Below are positions 37,235 to 44,927 of a stretch of DNA of 64,000 nucleotides, piece by piece. The notes under the pieces are model-generated. The model was not told the DNA's origin. It ran no database searches and saw only the letters and a program-made list of their open reading frames with translations. The translations under genes and the position numbers were made by a program. Position 1 is the first letter of the stretch. Each line of letters starts with the position of its first letter. The stretch spans positions 280,007 through 344,006 of the forward strand of contig JACROE010000002.1 of NCBI GenBank assembly GCA_016214565.1. Reading direction: 5' to 3'. Source of the DNA: Candidatus Kerfeldbacteria bacterium (GTDB lineage: Bacteria; Patescibacteriota; Patescibacteriia; UBA10025; JAHIVO01).

Positions 37235-37738
37235 ATGAAAGCGTTAACCATCAGAATTGGTGTTACGCCTCGTTCGAAACAGTACCTTCCAGCGGAAATT
37301 TTCCATCCATCTGTCCCAACGGTACTTAAGGTTACCTTGCCGAAAAGACGAGGAAAAGGTAAAGAGCACTTTCGCCTAACCTTAGAGGTAGTCACTTTCT
37401 GCCATCAACGGTCGGAATGGCCGACTGTCTTAAATTTGAAAAGGTCAAAATGCCACTTTTCCTTTGTTGCAAGTGATGAATCCTCTGAAAACCCCGGTGG
37501 AATCTTTGCACGCATTGCAATGAACCGATATCAGCGGGGCTTAACCAAAAGAGGTACAAGGTGGATCTACCGCTACGGATCATTACATTGGGAAAGCAGA
37601 CATGCTTTTATTCACCAAAGTGACACTTTGAAACCTCCCACCGAGGCCAAGGTGTCGAAATGGATCATGATTAGCATCGTCAACCTCAGTACCGAATTCT
37701 ACGACTGGCTCGAGGAAGTTGAAAAAGTTAGTGCTTAA
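37235..37738 (+). CDS. hypothetical basic protein (167 aa) lying between the two tRNA-Ala genes
   Basis: AAAGG ribosome-binding site 8 nt upstream of ATG. Clean ORF followed by a perfect hairpin terminator. No family recognised. Confidence 0.5.
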   Translation: MKALTIRIGVTPRSKQYLPAEIFHPSVPTVLKVTLPKRRGKGKEHFRLTLEVVTFCHQRSEWPTVLNLKRSKCHFSFVASDESSENPGGIFARIAMNRYQRGLTKRGTRWIYRYGSLHWESRHAFIHQSDTLKPPTEAKVSKWIMISIVNLSTEFYDWLEEVEKVSA

Positions 37739-37760
37739 AATAGCAATTTTTTCTAAACTC

Positions 37761-37790
37761 AAAAGACTCCTGATTTCAGGAGTCTTTTTC
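37761..37790. terminator. bidirectional rho-independent terminator
   Basis: Hairpin aaaagactcctgatttcaggagtctttt, an 11-bp perfect stem flanked by A-run and T-run. Confidence 0.7.
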
Positions 37791-37813
37791 TATTATCTAA
37801 ATAAATGGTTTTC

Positions 37814-37837
37814 AAATTGTTCCACGTGGAACAATTT
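37814..37837. repeat. palindromic motif copy c (AAATTGTTCCACGTGGAACAATTT, perfect 24 bp), between the terminator and the tRNA-Ala(CGC) 3' end
   Basis: Perfect palindrome. Confidence 0.85.
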
Positions 37838-37947
37838 ATAAGCTAAAATAACCACTGCCGTTGTTTTTCCAAAAAATCATAAAAACATAATAACACATAG
37901 CCCCAATGCTTTCTGCTACTATATATTTCAGAACATGTATGCGTAAT

Positions 37948-38020
37948 TGGACCAAAGGGGAGTCGAACCCCTGACCTCTGCAATGCGAATGCAGCGCTCT
38001 ACCAACTGAGCTATTGGCCC
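37948..38020 (-). tRNA. tRNA-Ala (anticodon CGC), CCA not encoded
   Basis: Acceptor GGGCCAA/TTGGTCC with G3:U70. Anticodon loop TTCGCAT. The T-arm is identical to that of the GGC isoacceptor. 73 nt, followed by ATT. Confidence 0.85.
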
Positions 38021-38040
38021 ACAGTTCTAAATAAATATCG

Positions 38041-38115
38041 TGGTACCCCCACCAGGAATCGAACCTAGATCCATCCCTTAGGACGGGATTGTTCTATCCA
38101 TTGAACTATGGGGGC
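38041..38115 (-). tRNA. tRNA-Arg (anticodon CCT), CCA encoded
   Basis: Anticodon stem ATCCC/GGGAT with loop GTCCTAA. T-arm CTAGG-TTCGATT-CCTGG. G1:U72 wobble at the acceptor end. Confidence 0.8.
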
Positions 38116-38135
38116 AAAAATTTAAAATGCTTTTA

Positions 38136-38157
38136 ATATGTTCCACATGGAACATAT
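38136..38157. repeat. palindromic motif copy d (ATATGTTCCACATGGAACATAT, one central mismatch), 24 bp upstream of the tRNA-Arg 5' end
   Basis: Direct reading of the sequence. Confidence 0.8.
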
Positions 38158-38264
38158 GCAGTGTATATTTTTGTGTTATGTATTTTTTCTCTTAAATTAG
38201 CCAAAAAAATGAGTTTAAAATAGTTATTTGGCCAACTTTATTTAAAAAATTGAGTCGTAAAAGA

Positions 38265-38528
38265 CTAGTTAACAAATAGCTCGGTAATTGTGTGTGCCCA
38301 ATTATTTACCAGGTTTGAATTCCGGTCAATTTCCATAATTACTGCCAGACCAATAAAAAGGACAAGGAGTATGCCAATGACCCAAATAAGATCATGTCTG
38401 ATCTGTTTTCGCATTAGCTTGTCTGAAACCTCATCAGACGTGGGAACGTGCGTCGCAGTTCCATCAGTCGTAGTGGCGGGCTGTAAATGCTCCATTCCCT
38501 GAAAATATCGCTTTTTTTCTTTGCTCAT
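38265..38528 (-). CDS. small membrane protein (87 aa), hypothetical
   Basis: Single TM helix (LIWVIGILLVLFIGLAVIM). Confidence 0.45.
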   Translation of the reverse strand: MSKEKKRYFQGMEHLQPATTTDGTATHVPTSDEVSDKLMRKQIRHDLIWVIGILLVLFIGLAVIMEIDRNSNLVNNWAHTITELFVN

Positions 38529-38623
38529 AGTGGCTATGATGTCTTTTTAAGTAGTATTGAGTGTATACTATCACTTCTAATTATTCAATTGTTCATTGAC
38601 GGTACTGCATTACTGATACTAGA

Positions 38624-39088
38624 ATGAAGGGACGCAATCTAATATTTAACGTTTTAACGAGTATGGCCTTATTCCCCAACTCTCAAAGCAACGCCTCACA
38701 CCCCGGACAGGCAGAAACAATTATCGGCCCATCCGTCAAAGTAGAAGGTATTTTTCATGGTGAGGGCAACGTCACGGTCGAAGGAATCGTACAGGGTACC
38801 CTCAAGACAAACCATGATTTAACCATTGGCCAATCAGCAAAAGTCAAAGCTGAAGTATCGGCAAAAAATTTAATTCTCTCCGGGGAAATTCGCGGGAATG
38901 TCACCATCAGTGAACACACCCGACTCTCCAGCACAGCGAAAGTATACGGCAATCTTCAGACTACTCGGCTCGCGGTCGAAGAAGGTGCTATCATTCAGGG
39001 AAAAATAATGATGGGTGTTGATACCGAACGAGAAACGTCTGAGCAGCGGCCAGAACGAATGGATAAAAAAATTAATCACGGCAAATAG
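38624..39088 (+). CDS. bactofilin-family cytoskeletal protein
   Basis: Repetitive beta-helical segments typical of the bactofilin/DUF583 core (VKVEGIFHGEGNVTVEGIVQGTLKTNHDLTIGQSAKVKAEVSAKNLILSGEIRGNVTI...KVYGNLQTTRLAVEEGAIIQGKI). Confidence 0.6.
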   Translation: MKGRNLIFNVLTSMALFPNSQSNASHPGQAETIIGPSVKVEGIFHGEGNVTVEGIVQGTLKTNHDLTIGQSAKVKAEVSAKNLILSGEIRGNVTISEHTRLSSTAKVYGNLQTTRLAVEEGAIIQGKIMMGVDTERETSEQRPERMDKKINHGK

Positions 39089-39099
39089 TTTACGGTTCC

Positions 39100-39849
39100 A
39101 TGTACTGCTACATTGTCGACAGTTTCTTGACGGAAAAAAAGAATATCAGCGTGATGCATCAGATTGAAAATCGCATCATGCAGCTTGGTATTAACGGATA
39201 TCTTGAACGGGTTACGATGCTGAAAAGTATTCCTGATATGGTTGCGGCTGCAGTAAAACGCGGTGCCAAAACCATTGTCGCGATTGGCAACGATGACACC
39301 GTTAGTAAAATTATTAGCGTATTACCGCGCCACAAACTGACGTTTGGCATTATTCCCGTCGGGGAACCACAATCAATTGCCCGCCATCTCGGCATCCCGA
39401 TGGGCGTAGCTGCCTGCGACACAATTTCTGCTCGCATCACTACCAAGATTGATTTAGGCAAGGCAAATAATACCTATTTTATTGGCTCGCTACACATTCC
39501 TGATCACACCAGCGTTTCAATGAAAGTGGGCAGCTACACGATCAGCCCTACCACCACGACCAGTACCATACAAATATATAATATCGACGGTGCGGTCGCC
39601 CATTCGAATCCAACTGATGGAAAATTAGAAGCAGTCATTCATGATATTCCCACGCGCTCTGGATTATTCGGCATGCGCAAAACGTACACGCGCGCCAGCG
39701 TGTTTCCCATCACCAAACTCACCATTACTGCCGAAACGGCCAGCGTGCCCGTGATGGCGGATGGACAGCTCTTGGTAAAAACTCCTGTGACCGTCGAAGT
39801 CGTCCCTCAATCTCTCAAAGTCATCGTCGGCAAACAACGTATGTTTTAA
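39100..39849 (+). CDS. DAGK_cat/YegS-like lipid-kinase-fold protein with a degenerate GGDGT motif (AIGNDDT)
   Basis: KTIVAIGNDDTVSKIISVL aligns to the diacylglycerol-kinase catalytic-domain nucleotide-binding loop, but the Gly-Gly-Asp-Gly-Thr signature is altered. Confidence 0.5.
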   Translation: MYCYIVDSFLTEKKNISVMHQIENRIMQLGINGYLERVTMLKSIPDMVAAAVKRGAKTIVAIGNDDTVSKIISVLPRHKLTFGIIPVGEPQSIARHLGIPMGVAACDTISARITTKIDLGKANNTYFIGSLHIPDHTSVSMKVGSYTISPTTTTSTIQIYNIDGAVAHSNPTDGKLEAVIHDIPTRSGLFGMRKTYTRASVFPITKLTITAETASVPVMADGQLLVKTPVTVEVVPQSLKVIVGKQRMF

Positions 39850-39976
39850 TCCTAAATACCTACAGCACCGGATACACTTTGCAGACGAGATGCGCCCTGA
39901 GCACCCTCGTTTTGTTTTTCAGCAAAGGCTCCGACTGGACAAAACCGCCTAATAACGCTACCCTACACGTAATTCT

Positions 39977-41959
39977 ATGAATGTTACCGAACTTGCTCGC
40001 CGAATCAAAGTATCACCAAATGAGATGCGGGATCTCCTGCCCCGCCTCGGTTTTGATATTGGCAGAAAAGCAATCAAAGTAGACGATGTTTCTGCACGCA
40101 AAATCATAAATATGATTGAGATGGACGCTTCTCTGATCACTAAGTATCGAAAAGAAAAACTTGGTGTCGTCGAAACGCCCGTTGAAACATCCACCGCCGC
40201 GCCAATCCACATCACCATCCCGCCGATCATTACTGTCAGGGATTTTGCCGGGCTGATCAATAAACCAGTTGCCGCGGTAATTCAAGAACTGATGAAAAAC
40301 GGCATCCTGGCAAATTTGAATGAGCGCATAGATTTTGATACTGCAAGCATTATTGCTCAAGATTTCGGATACACCACGGCGCAGGCAACGGCAGAACAAG
40401 CCGAAGCCCATACCGATGACCAGCGTGAAGCAATTCTCAAAGACAGCACTGATACCCAGACTCGTCCGCCGATCGTGGTGGTGATGGGCCATGTCGATCA
40501 CGGCAAAACCATGCTCCTCGACACTATCCGAAAAACCAATGTGGTGGGAGGGGAGTCAGGTGGCATCACCCAGCACATCGGCGCCTATCAAACAATCCGC
40601 AATGGCAAATCAATTACTTTCATTGATACGCCTGGCCACGAAGCTTTTACCACCATGCGTTCACGGGGCGCACGCGTAGCCGATATAGCAATACTGGTGG
40701 TGGCCGCAGATGATGGCATCAAGCCGCAAACCGAAGAAGCGCTCAGTATTATCCAAAGCGCTAAATTGCCTTTTGTCGTGGCGCTGAATAAAGTAGACAA
40801 GCCCGACGCAGACGTGCAAAAAGTCCAGCAACAGCTCGCTCAAAAAAATCTACTCCCCGAAGAATGGGGCGGCAAAACCATTGTCGTGCCCGTATCCGCC
40901 AAAACCGGCGCGGGAATTGACCAGCTGCTTGAGAGCGTGCTCTTGGTCGCAGAAATGGAGAAGGAAACAATTGTGGCAAATCCAAATCGTGCCGCCGCTG
41001 GCACCGTCATCGAAGCGCACGTCGATAAAGGCGAAGGACCGGTAGCAACCGTCATCATCCAAACCGGCACGCTGCGACGCGGCGATCCGATCCAAGTCGG
41101 CAATGTCGTAGGAAAAATCCGCGCCATGAAAAACCACCGTGGCGTAGATATTACTGAAGCCCCACCCGCCACGCCGGTCAAACTGCTTGGACTTAAACAA
41201 TCGCCCGAAGTAGGGGATATTCTCCAGGTGACAACTGACACTCGTTCGCTGCGCAAAATCGAAAAACAACTGCACCATCAGGCGCGACGCTACCACGACC
41301 AACAAACCTGGAAACAGGTACAACCGACGACCCCGACTGACGAATTAGATACCAGCGCCACCGTCCATATCATTCTCAAAACTGATACCCTCGGCTCCCA
41401 AGAAGCAATTACGCAATCCTTAGAAAAAGTTGTTGCACGAGACGTGAACGTAGAAATTGTAAAAAAGGGGTTGGGTAATATTTCTGACAACGATATCCTG
41501 GAGGCGGCCAGCACTGGCGCGCGCATTTATGGTTTTAACGTCAAGATGAGTCCGCATGCGCAAACCATGGCTCAAGAAAATAATGTATACACGCGGACTG
41601 ATTCTATCATCTACAATCTGATTGATGACGTACAAAACTATGTCGACTCGCTGGTGACTATTGAAAAAGTGCGCGTCGAACTCGGCCGTGCCAAAGTGCT
41701 CGCCATCTTCCGCACCGACCGCAAACAGATGATTGTCGGCGCACAAATTACCAAAGGCAAAGCAGTAGTAGAAGCACGGGCTCAAATATTCCGCGACGAT
41801 GCCCTGATCGCGGATGTCACCATCACCGGACTGCAAAAAGGCAAAGAACCAGTCAAAGAAATGCCCTCCGGCACCGAATGCGGCATCGCACTGAAAGGCA
41901 CGGGCGACCTCAAGCCCAACGACATTCTGGAGATATATTCGATTGAATTAAAATCGTAA
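39977..41959 (+). CDS. infB: translation initiation factor IF-2
   Basis: G-domain VVVMGHVDHGKTMLLD, DTPGHEAF and NKVDK. Length 660 aa. Confidence 0.95.
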   Translation: MNVTELARRIKVSPNEMRDLLPRLGFDIGRKAIKVDDVSARKIINMIEMDASLITKYRKEKLGVVETPVETSTAAPIHITIPPIITVRDFAGLINKPVAAVIQELMKNGILANLNERIDFDTASIIAQDFGYTTAQATAEQAEAHTDDQREAILKDSTDTQTRPPIVVVMGHVDHGKTMLLDTIRKTNVVGGESGGITQHIGAYQTIRNGKSITFIDTPGHEAFTTMRSRGARVADIAILVVAADDGIKPQTEEALSIIQSAKLPFVVALNKVDKPDADVQKVQQQLAQKNLLPEEWGGKTIVVPVSAKTGAGIDQLLESVLLVAEMEKETIVANPNRAAAGTVIEAHVDKGEGPVATVIIQTGTLRRGDPIQVGNVVGKIRAMKNHRGVDITEAPPATPVKLLGLKQSPEVGDILQVTTDTRSLRKIEKQLHHQARRYHDQQTWKQVQPTTPTDELDTSATVHIILKTDTLGSQEAITQSLEKVVARDVNVEIVKKGLGNISDNDILEAASTGARIYGFNVKMSPHAQTMAQENNVYTRTDSIIYNLIDDVQNYVDSLVTIEKVRVELGRAKVLAIFRTDRKQMIVGAQITKGKAVVEARAQIFRDDALIADVTITGLQKGKEPVKEMPSGTECGIALKGTGDLKPNDILEIYSIELKS

Positions 41960-41965
41960 CTAACC

Positions 41966-42310
41966 GTGTCATTCGAACGAGTCCAGCGGATTAATGCACT
42001 CATCCGAGAAGAACTCGGCGCATTAATCATACGCGAGCTCGAACTCCCGCCGAACCTCATGATTACTATCACCGGTGTCAACACCAGTGCTGATTTGAGC
42101 TACGCGGACATTTCCATCAGCGCCCTGCCTATCGACCGCGGCGAAGACGCGCTGCTGCTGATGACCCGTGCCCATAAGCTGCTGCGCAAAGAATTAGCAA
42201 AAAAACTACGATTTTGGAAAATGCCCTCACTCCGATTTACGCTCGATACCACAGCTTCGCACGTCGACCAGATAGACGCACTTATTGACAAAATACACGA
42301 AGAGGGGTAG
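41966..42310 (+). CDS. rbfA: ribosome-binding factor A
   Basis: RVQRINALIREELGALI...ITITGVNTSADLSYADISIS pattern and the conserved infB-rbfA synteny. Confidence 0.8.
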   Translation: MSFERVQRINALIREELGALIIRELELPPNLMITITGVNTSADLSYADISISALPIDRGEDALLLMTRAHKLLRKELAKKLRFWKMPSLRFTLDTTASHVDQIDALIDKIHEEG

Positions 42311-42327
42311 GGTGAGCGGTCAACCAT

Positions 42328-43317
42328 ATGACCCAATTACACCCCCAATTTAATAAGATCAAAGAAGCGCTCGATGGAGCCGCTTCGGTTATTGTGATTG
42401 GGCACCAAAATCCCGATGGCGACGCCATCGGCTCAATGATTGGCATGGGGCACTACCTGACCCACGCCGGCATTAACCATCGGCTGTTCTGCATGACGCC
42501 GGTTCCCGCGTATCTGACGTTCCTCCCGGAAACAGAACGGATGGTCTTCGATGAACGTGAACTGCTCGAATCAACCCACGATGTGGTGATCGTGCTTGAT
42601 TCGGGCGATCTCAGGTACGCCGGTGTCCACGAACACATTCCGCGCATGACCGGTACGCCCGTGGTCATTAATATCGACCACCACCACACCAACACGAATT
42701 TCGGGCATATCAATGTGGTGAACCCGCAAGCATCATCTACCGCGGAAATCATTTTCCATTTTCTCGATTACTTCCGACTACCCTTATCCAAAGAGACGGC
42801 CACCGCGCTCTTGACCGGCATCCTGACTGACACCGGCAGTTTCTCAAATCTCGGCACCACGCCATCGTCCATGGACGTATCGTCCAAACTCTTAGCCGCC
42901 GGCGCTCGCGTCAAAGACATCATCCGACATACTTTTCAAACTAAATCGCTGGAACAATTACAGCTCTGGGGCCGCGCCCTGTCTCGATTGAAGAAAAATG
43001 AAGCCACAGGTATTGTCACCACTATTCTCACTAAAAAAGATTTTGAAGAACTCGGGGTCGAAGAAAGCTCCGAAGGCATTGCCAATTTCCTGAACAGTGT
43101 GGAAAAGGCCAAAGCCATCATGGTGCTCTACGAAAAAGGTGATGGACTGGTGAAGGGGAGCCTGCGTACCACCCAGGATGGTGTGGACGTTTCCAAAATC
43201 GCCAAATATTTTGGTGGCGGCGGACATCCGAAAGCCGCTGGCTTCACGATTAAGGGCACGCTCAAGGAAACTGAAAACGGGTGGGAAGTGGTTGCGACAA
43301 AGGAGCAACCATCCTGA
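42328..43317 (+). CDS. nrnA: DHH/DHHA1 phosphoesterase (NrnA-type oligoribonuclease/pAp phosphatase)
   Basis: VIGHQNPDGDAIGS, DHHH and GGGHPKAAG motifs. Confidence 0.85.
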   Translation: MTQLHPQFNKIKEALDGAASVIVIGHQNPDGDAIGSMIGMGHYLTHAGINHRLFCMTPVPAYLTFLPETERMVFDERELLESTHDVVIVLDSGDLRYAGVHEHIPRMTGTPVVINIDHHHTNTNFGHINVVNPQASSTAEIIFHFLDYFRLPLSKETATALLTGILTDTGSFSNLGTTPSSMDVSSKLLAAGARVKDIIRHTFQTKSLEQLQLWGRALSRLKKNEATGIVTTILTKKDFEELGVEESSEGIANFLNSVEKAKAIMVLYEKGDGLVKGSLRTTQDGVDVSKIAKYFGGGGHPKAAGFTIKGTLKETENGWEVVATKEQPS

Positions 43318-43362
43318 GTGGCAGCGAAGGATCTGGCACCCAAATAATGACCTCCACGTTTG

Positions 43363-43386
43363 ACGGGCGAGAAAAGCCCGTTTTTG
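43363..43386 (+). terminator. rho-independent terminator after nrnA
   Basis: acgggcgagaaaagcccgt followed by ttttt. The 3' half is part of the 25-nt direct repeat. Confidence 0.6.
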
Positions 43387-43396
43387 GCTGAGGATT
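43372..43396 (+). repeat. 25-nt direct repeat copy 1 (AAAAGCCCGTTTTTGGCTGAGGATT); copy 2 is at 44152..44176
   Basis: Exact 25/25 identity. The two copies bracket the 43546..44085 gene together with its terminator. Confidence 0.8.
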
Positions 43397-43545
43397 AACC
43401 CCGTAAGTGGCGGCATGGGTGGAACCAAAGCTTTATTTATTTGAATTTTAAAATAGTAGACAGAGACGCATTTTTTTGTCACACTGACCAAAGATATTGG
43501 AACAAAAAAACAAAAGATACACAACGTTCATACCAGGAGGATGTC

Positions 43546-44085
43546 ATGTCCAGGACTCGCATTGGACTCTCTGTCATTACGGTGGCACTGCTCGTGCTGT
43601 TCAGTACAAATTTTGGCCCACAGGTTTTTCCGACCTTCGTGGACCATTCCAGAACCCCCAGCCAGCACATTCTCGCGGCGCATTTCACAAAGATCGACGT
43701 CTATACGACAGACACGAGCACCAATAGTATTTTGTGGGGCTTACGCGACACATTTGATATGCGCTTATTCCATTTCGATGACTCAATCACAGTGAGCGAT
43801 GCTCGCTGGGCGATTCACGATGCCGGTTACCAGCCAGCAACTGTCATCGAACTTGTTGCGTTCGTTACCCAGCACCCGAGCGCATGTGAACACAAACGCA
43901 TTGTCGCGCTGCGTGAATGGAATCATGGGGAGGGTAAATACCCTATGATCGGCTATGAGGATCGGAGAATCTGGACTATGGTGCCACCAAAGAAAATTTG
44001 GCACGACCCAAATGTCTATTCTGAAGAGCCTGACCCGCTCGACCTGAACTCATATTACTTGGGAGTTAAACCACAAACAGAATAA
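43546..44085 (+). CDS. hypothetical secreted/membrane-anchored protein (179 aa) flanked by 25-nt direct repeats
   Basis: AGGAGG ribosome-binding site 6 nt before ATG at 43546. Signal anchor IGLSVITVALLVLFS. Strong terminator at 44109..44142. Confidence 0.6.
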   Translation: MSRTRIGLSVITVALLVLFSTNFGPQVFPTFVDHSRTPSQHILAAHFTKIDVYTTDTSTNSILWGLRDTFDMRLFHFDDSITVSDARWAIHDAGYQPATVIELVAFVTQHPSACEHKRIVALREWNHGEGKYPMIGYEDRRIWTMVPPKKIWHDPNVYSEEPDPLDLNSYYLGVKPQTE

Positions 44086-44108
44086 CCCACTCTTATCCCT
44101 ACACACCA

Positions 44109-44142
44109 CCGCCGTCATACCACCCAGACGGCGGTTTTCTTA
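44109..44142 (+). terminator. rho-independent terminator
   Basis: ccgccgtc-ataccacccaga-cggcgg followed by ttttcttattctttt. Confidence 0.7.
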
Positions 44143-44174
44143 TTCTTTTAAAAAAGCCCGTTTTTGGCTGAGGA

Positions 44175-44204
44175 TTGACAAAAGGGGGTGGACATCACTA
44201 TACT
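44175..44204 (+). promoter_or_regulatory. clpP promoter (TTGACA-18-TATACT)
   Basis: ttgacaaaagggggtggacatcactatact. The -35 abuts copy 2 of the 25-nt repeat. Confidence 0.55.
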
Positions 44205-44235
44205 AGAGACTACCTTTTAATAAATAACGACCTCA

Positions 44236-44817
44236 ATGCAACTCATTCCCACTGTTATTGAAAAGTCATCGTTCGGTGAACGAGCGTATGACATTTACTC
44301 TCGGCTCCTGAAAGAACGGATTATCTTTCTCGGTAACCCGGTGAGTGATGTAGTGGCAAACACCGTGATTGCCCAACTCTTGTTTTTGGAATCCGAAGAC
44401 AAGACGAAGGACATCAAGCTCTACATCAACACCCCGGGTGGTTCAGTGACTGCGGGCATGGCTATCTACGATACCATGCAGTATGTCAAACCTGACGTCG
44501 CCACTATTTGTGTCGGCATGGCCGCCTCGATGGGCGCCGTCTTGCTGGCTGCAGGTGCAGCCGGCAAACGGTGCGCGCTCCCGAATGCGGAAATCATGCT
44601 CCATCAAGTAATGGGCGGCGCCGAAGGTCAAGCCTCGGATGTCAAAATCCGCGCTGAACACATCCTCCGCATCCGCGATCGCCTCGACCACATCCTCGCC
44701 CAGCATACGGGCAAGCCGGTTACCGCGATCCAGAAAGATACTGACCGTGATTTCTTCATGAGTGCTGACCAAGCGAAAAAATACGGAATTATCGACAAGA
44801 TAATCCAGAATAAATAG
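44236..44817 (+). CDS. clpP: ATP-dependent Clp protease proteolytic subunit
   Basis: Catalytic Ser/His motifs ([14 protein letters not shown]; MLHQVMGG). Length 193 aa. Confidence 0.95.
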   Translation: MQLIPTVIEKSSFGERAYDIYSRLLKERIIFLGNPVSDVVANTVIAQLLFLESEDKTKDIKLYINTPGGSVTAGMAIYDTMQYVKPDVATICVGMAASMGAVLLAAGAAGKRCALPNAEIMLHQVMGGAEGQASDVKIRAEHILRIRDRLDHILAQHTGKPVTAIQKDTDRDFFMSADQAKKYGIIDKIIQNK

Positions 44818-44927
44818 TCGCGGCAGCAATCAGACATGAGCTCGAGGGTAACACAATACCAGTGTCACCCTGATTTGCATTAACAATCTACTACTTACTA
44901 ACTTACTAAATACTACTTACTACCCCT

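Noticed and set aside
37235-37738. Interpretation of the tRNA-flanked ORF as an integrase or mobile-element gene
   Set aside because: The 167-aa product has no integrase, transposase or recombinase motifs. It is kept as a hypothetical protein only.
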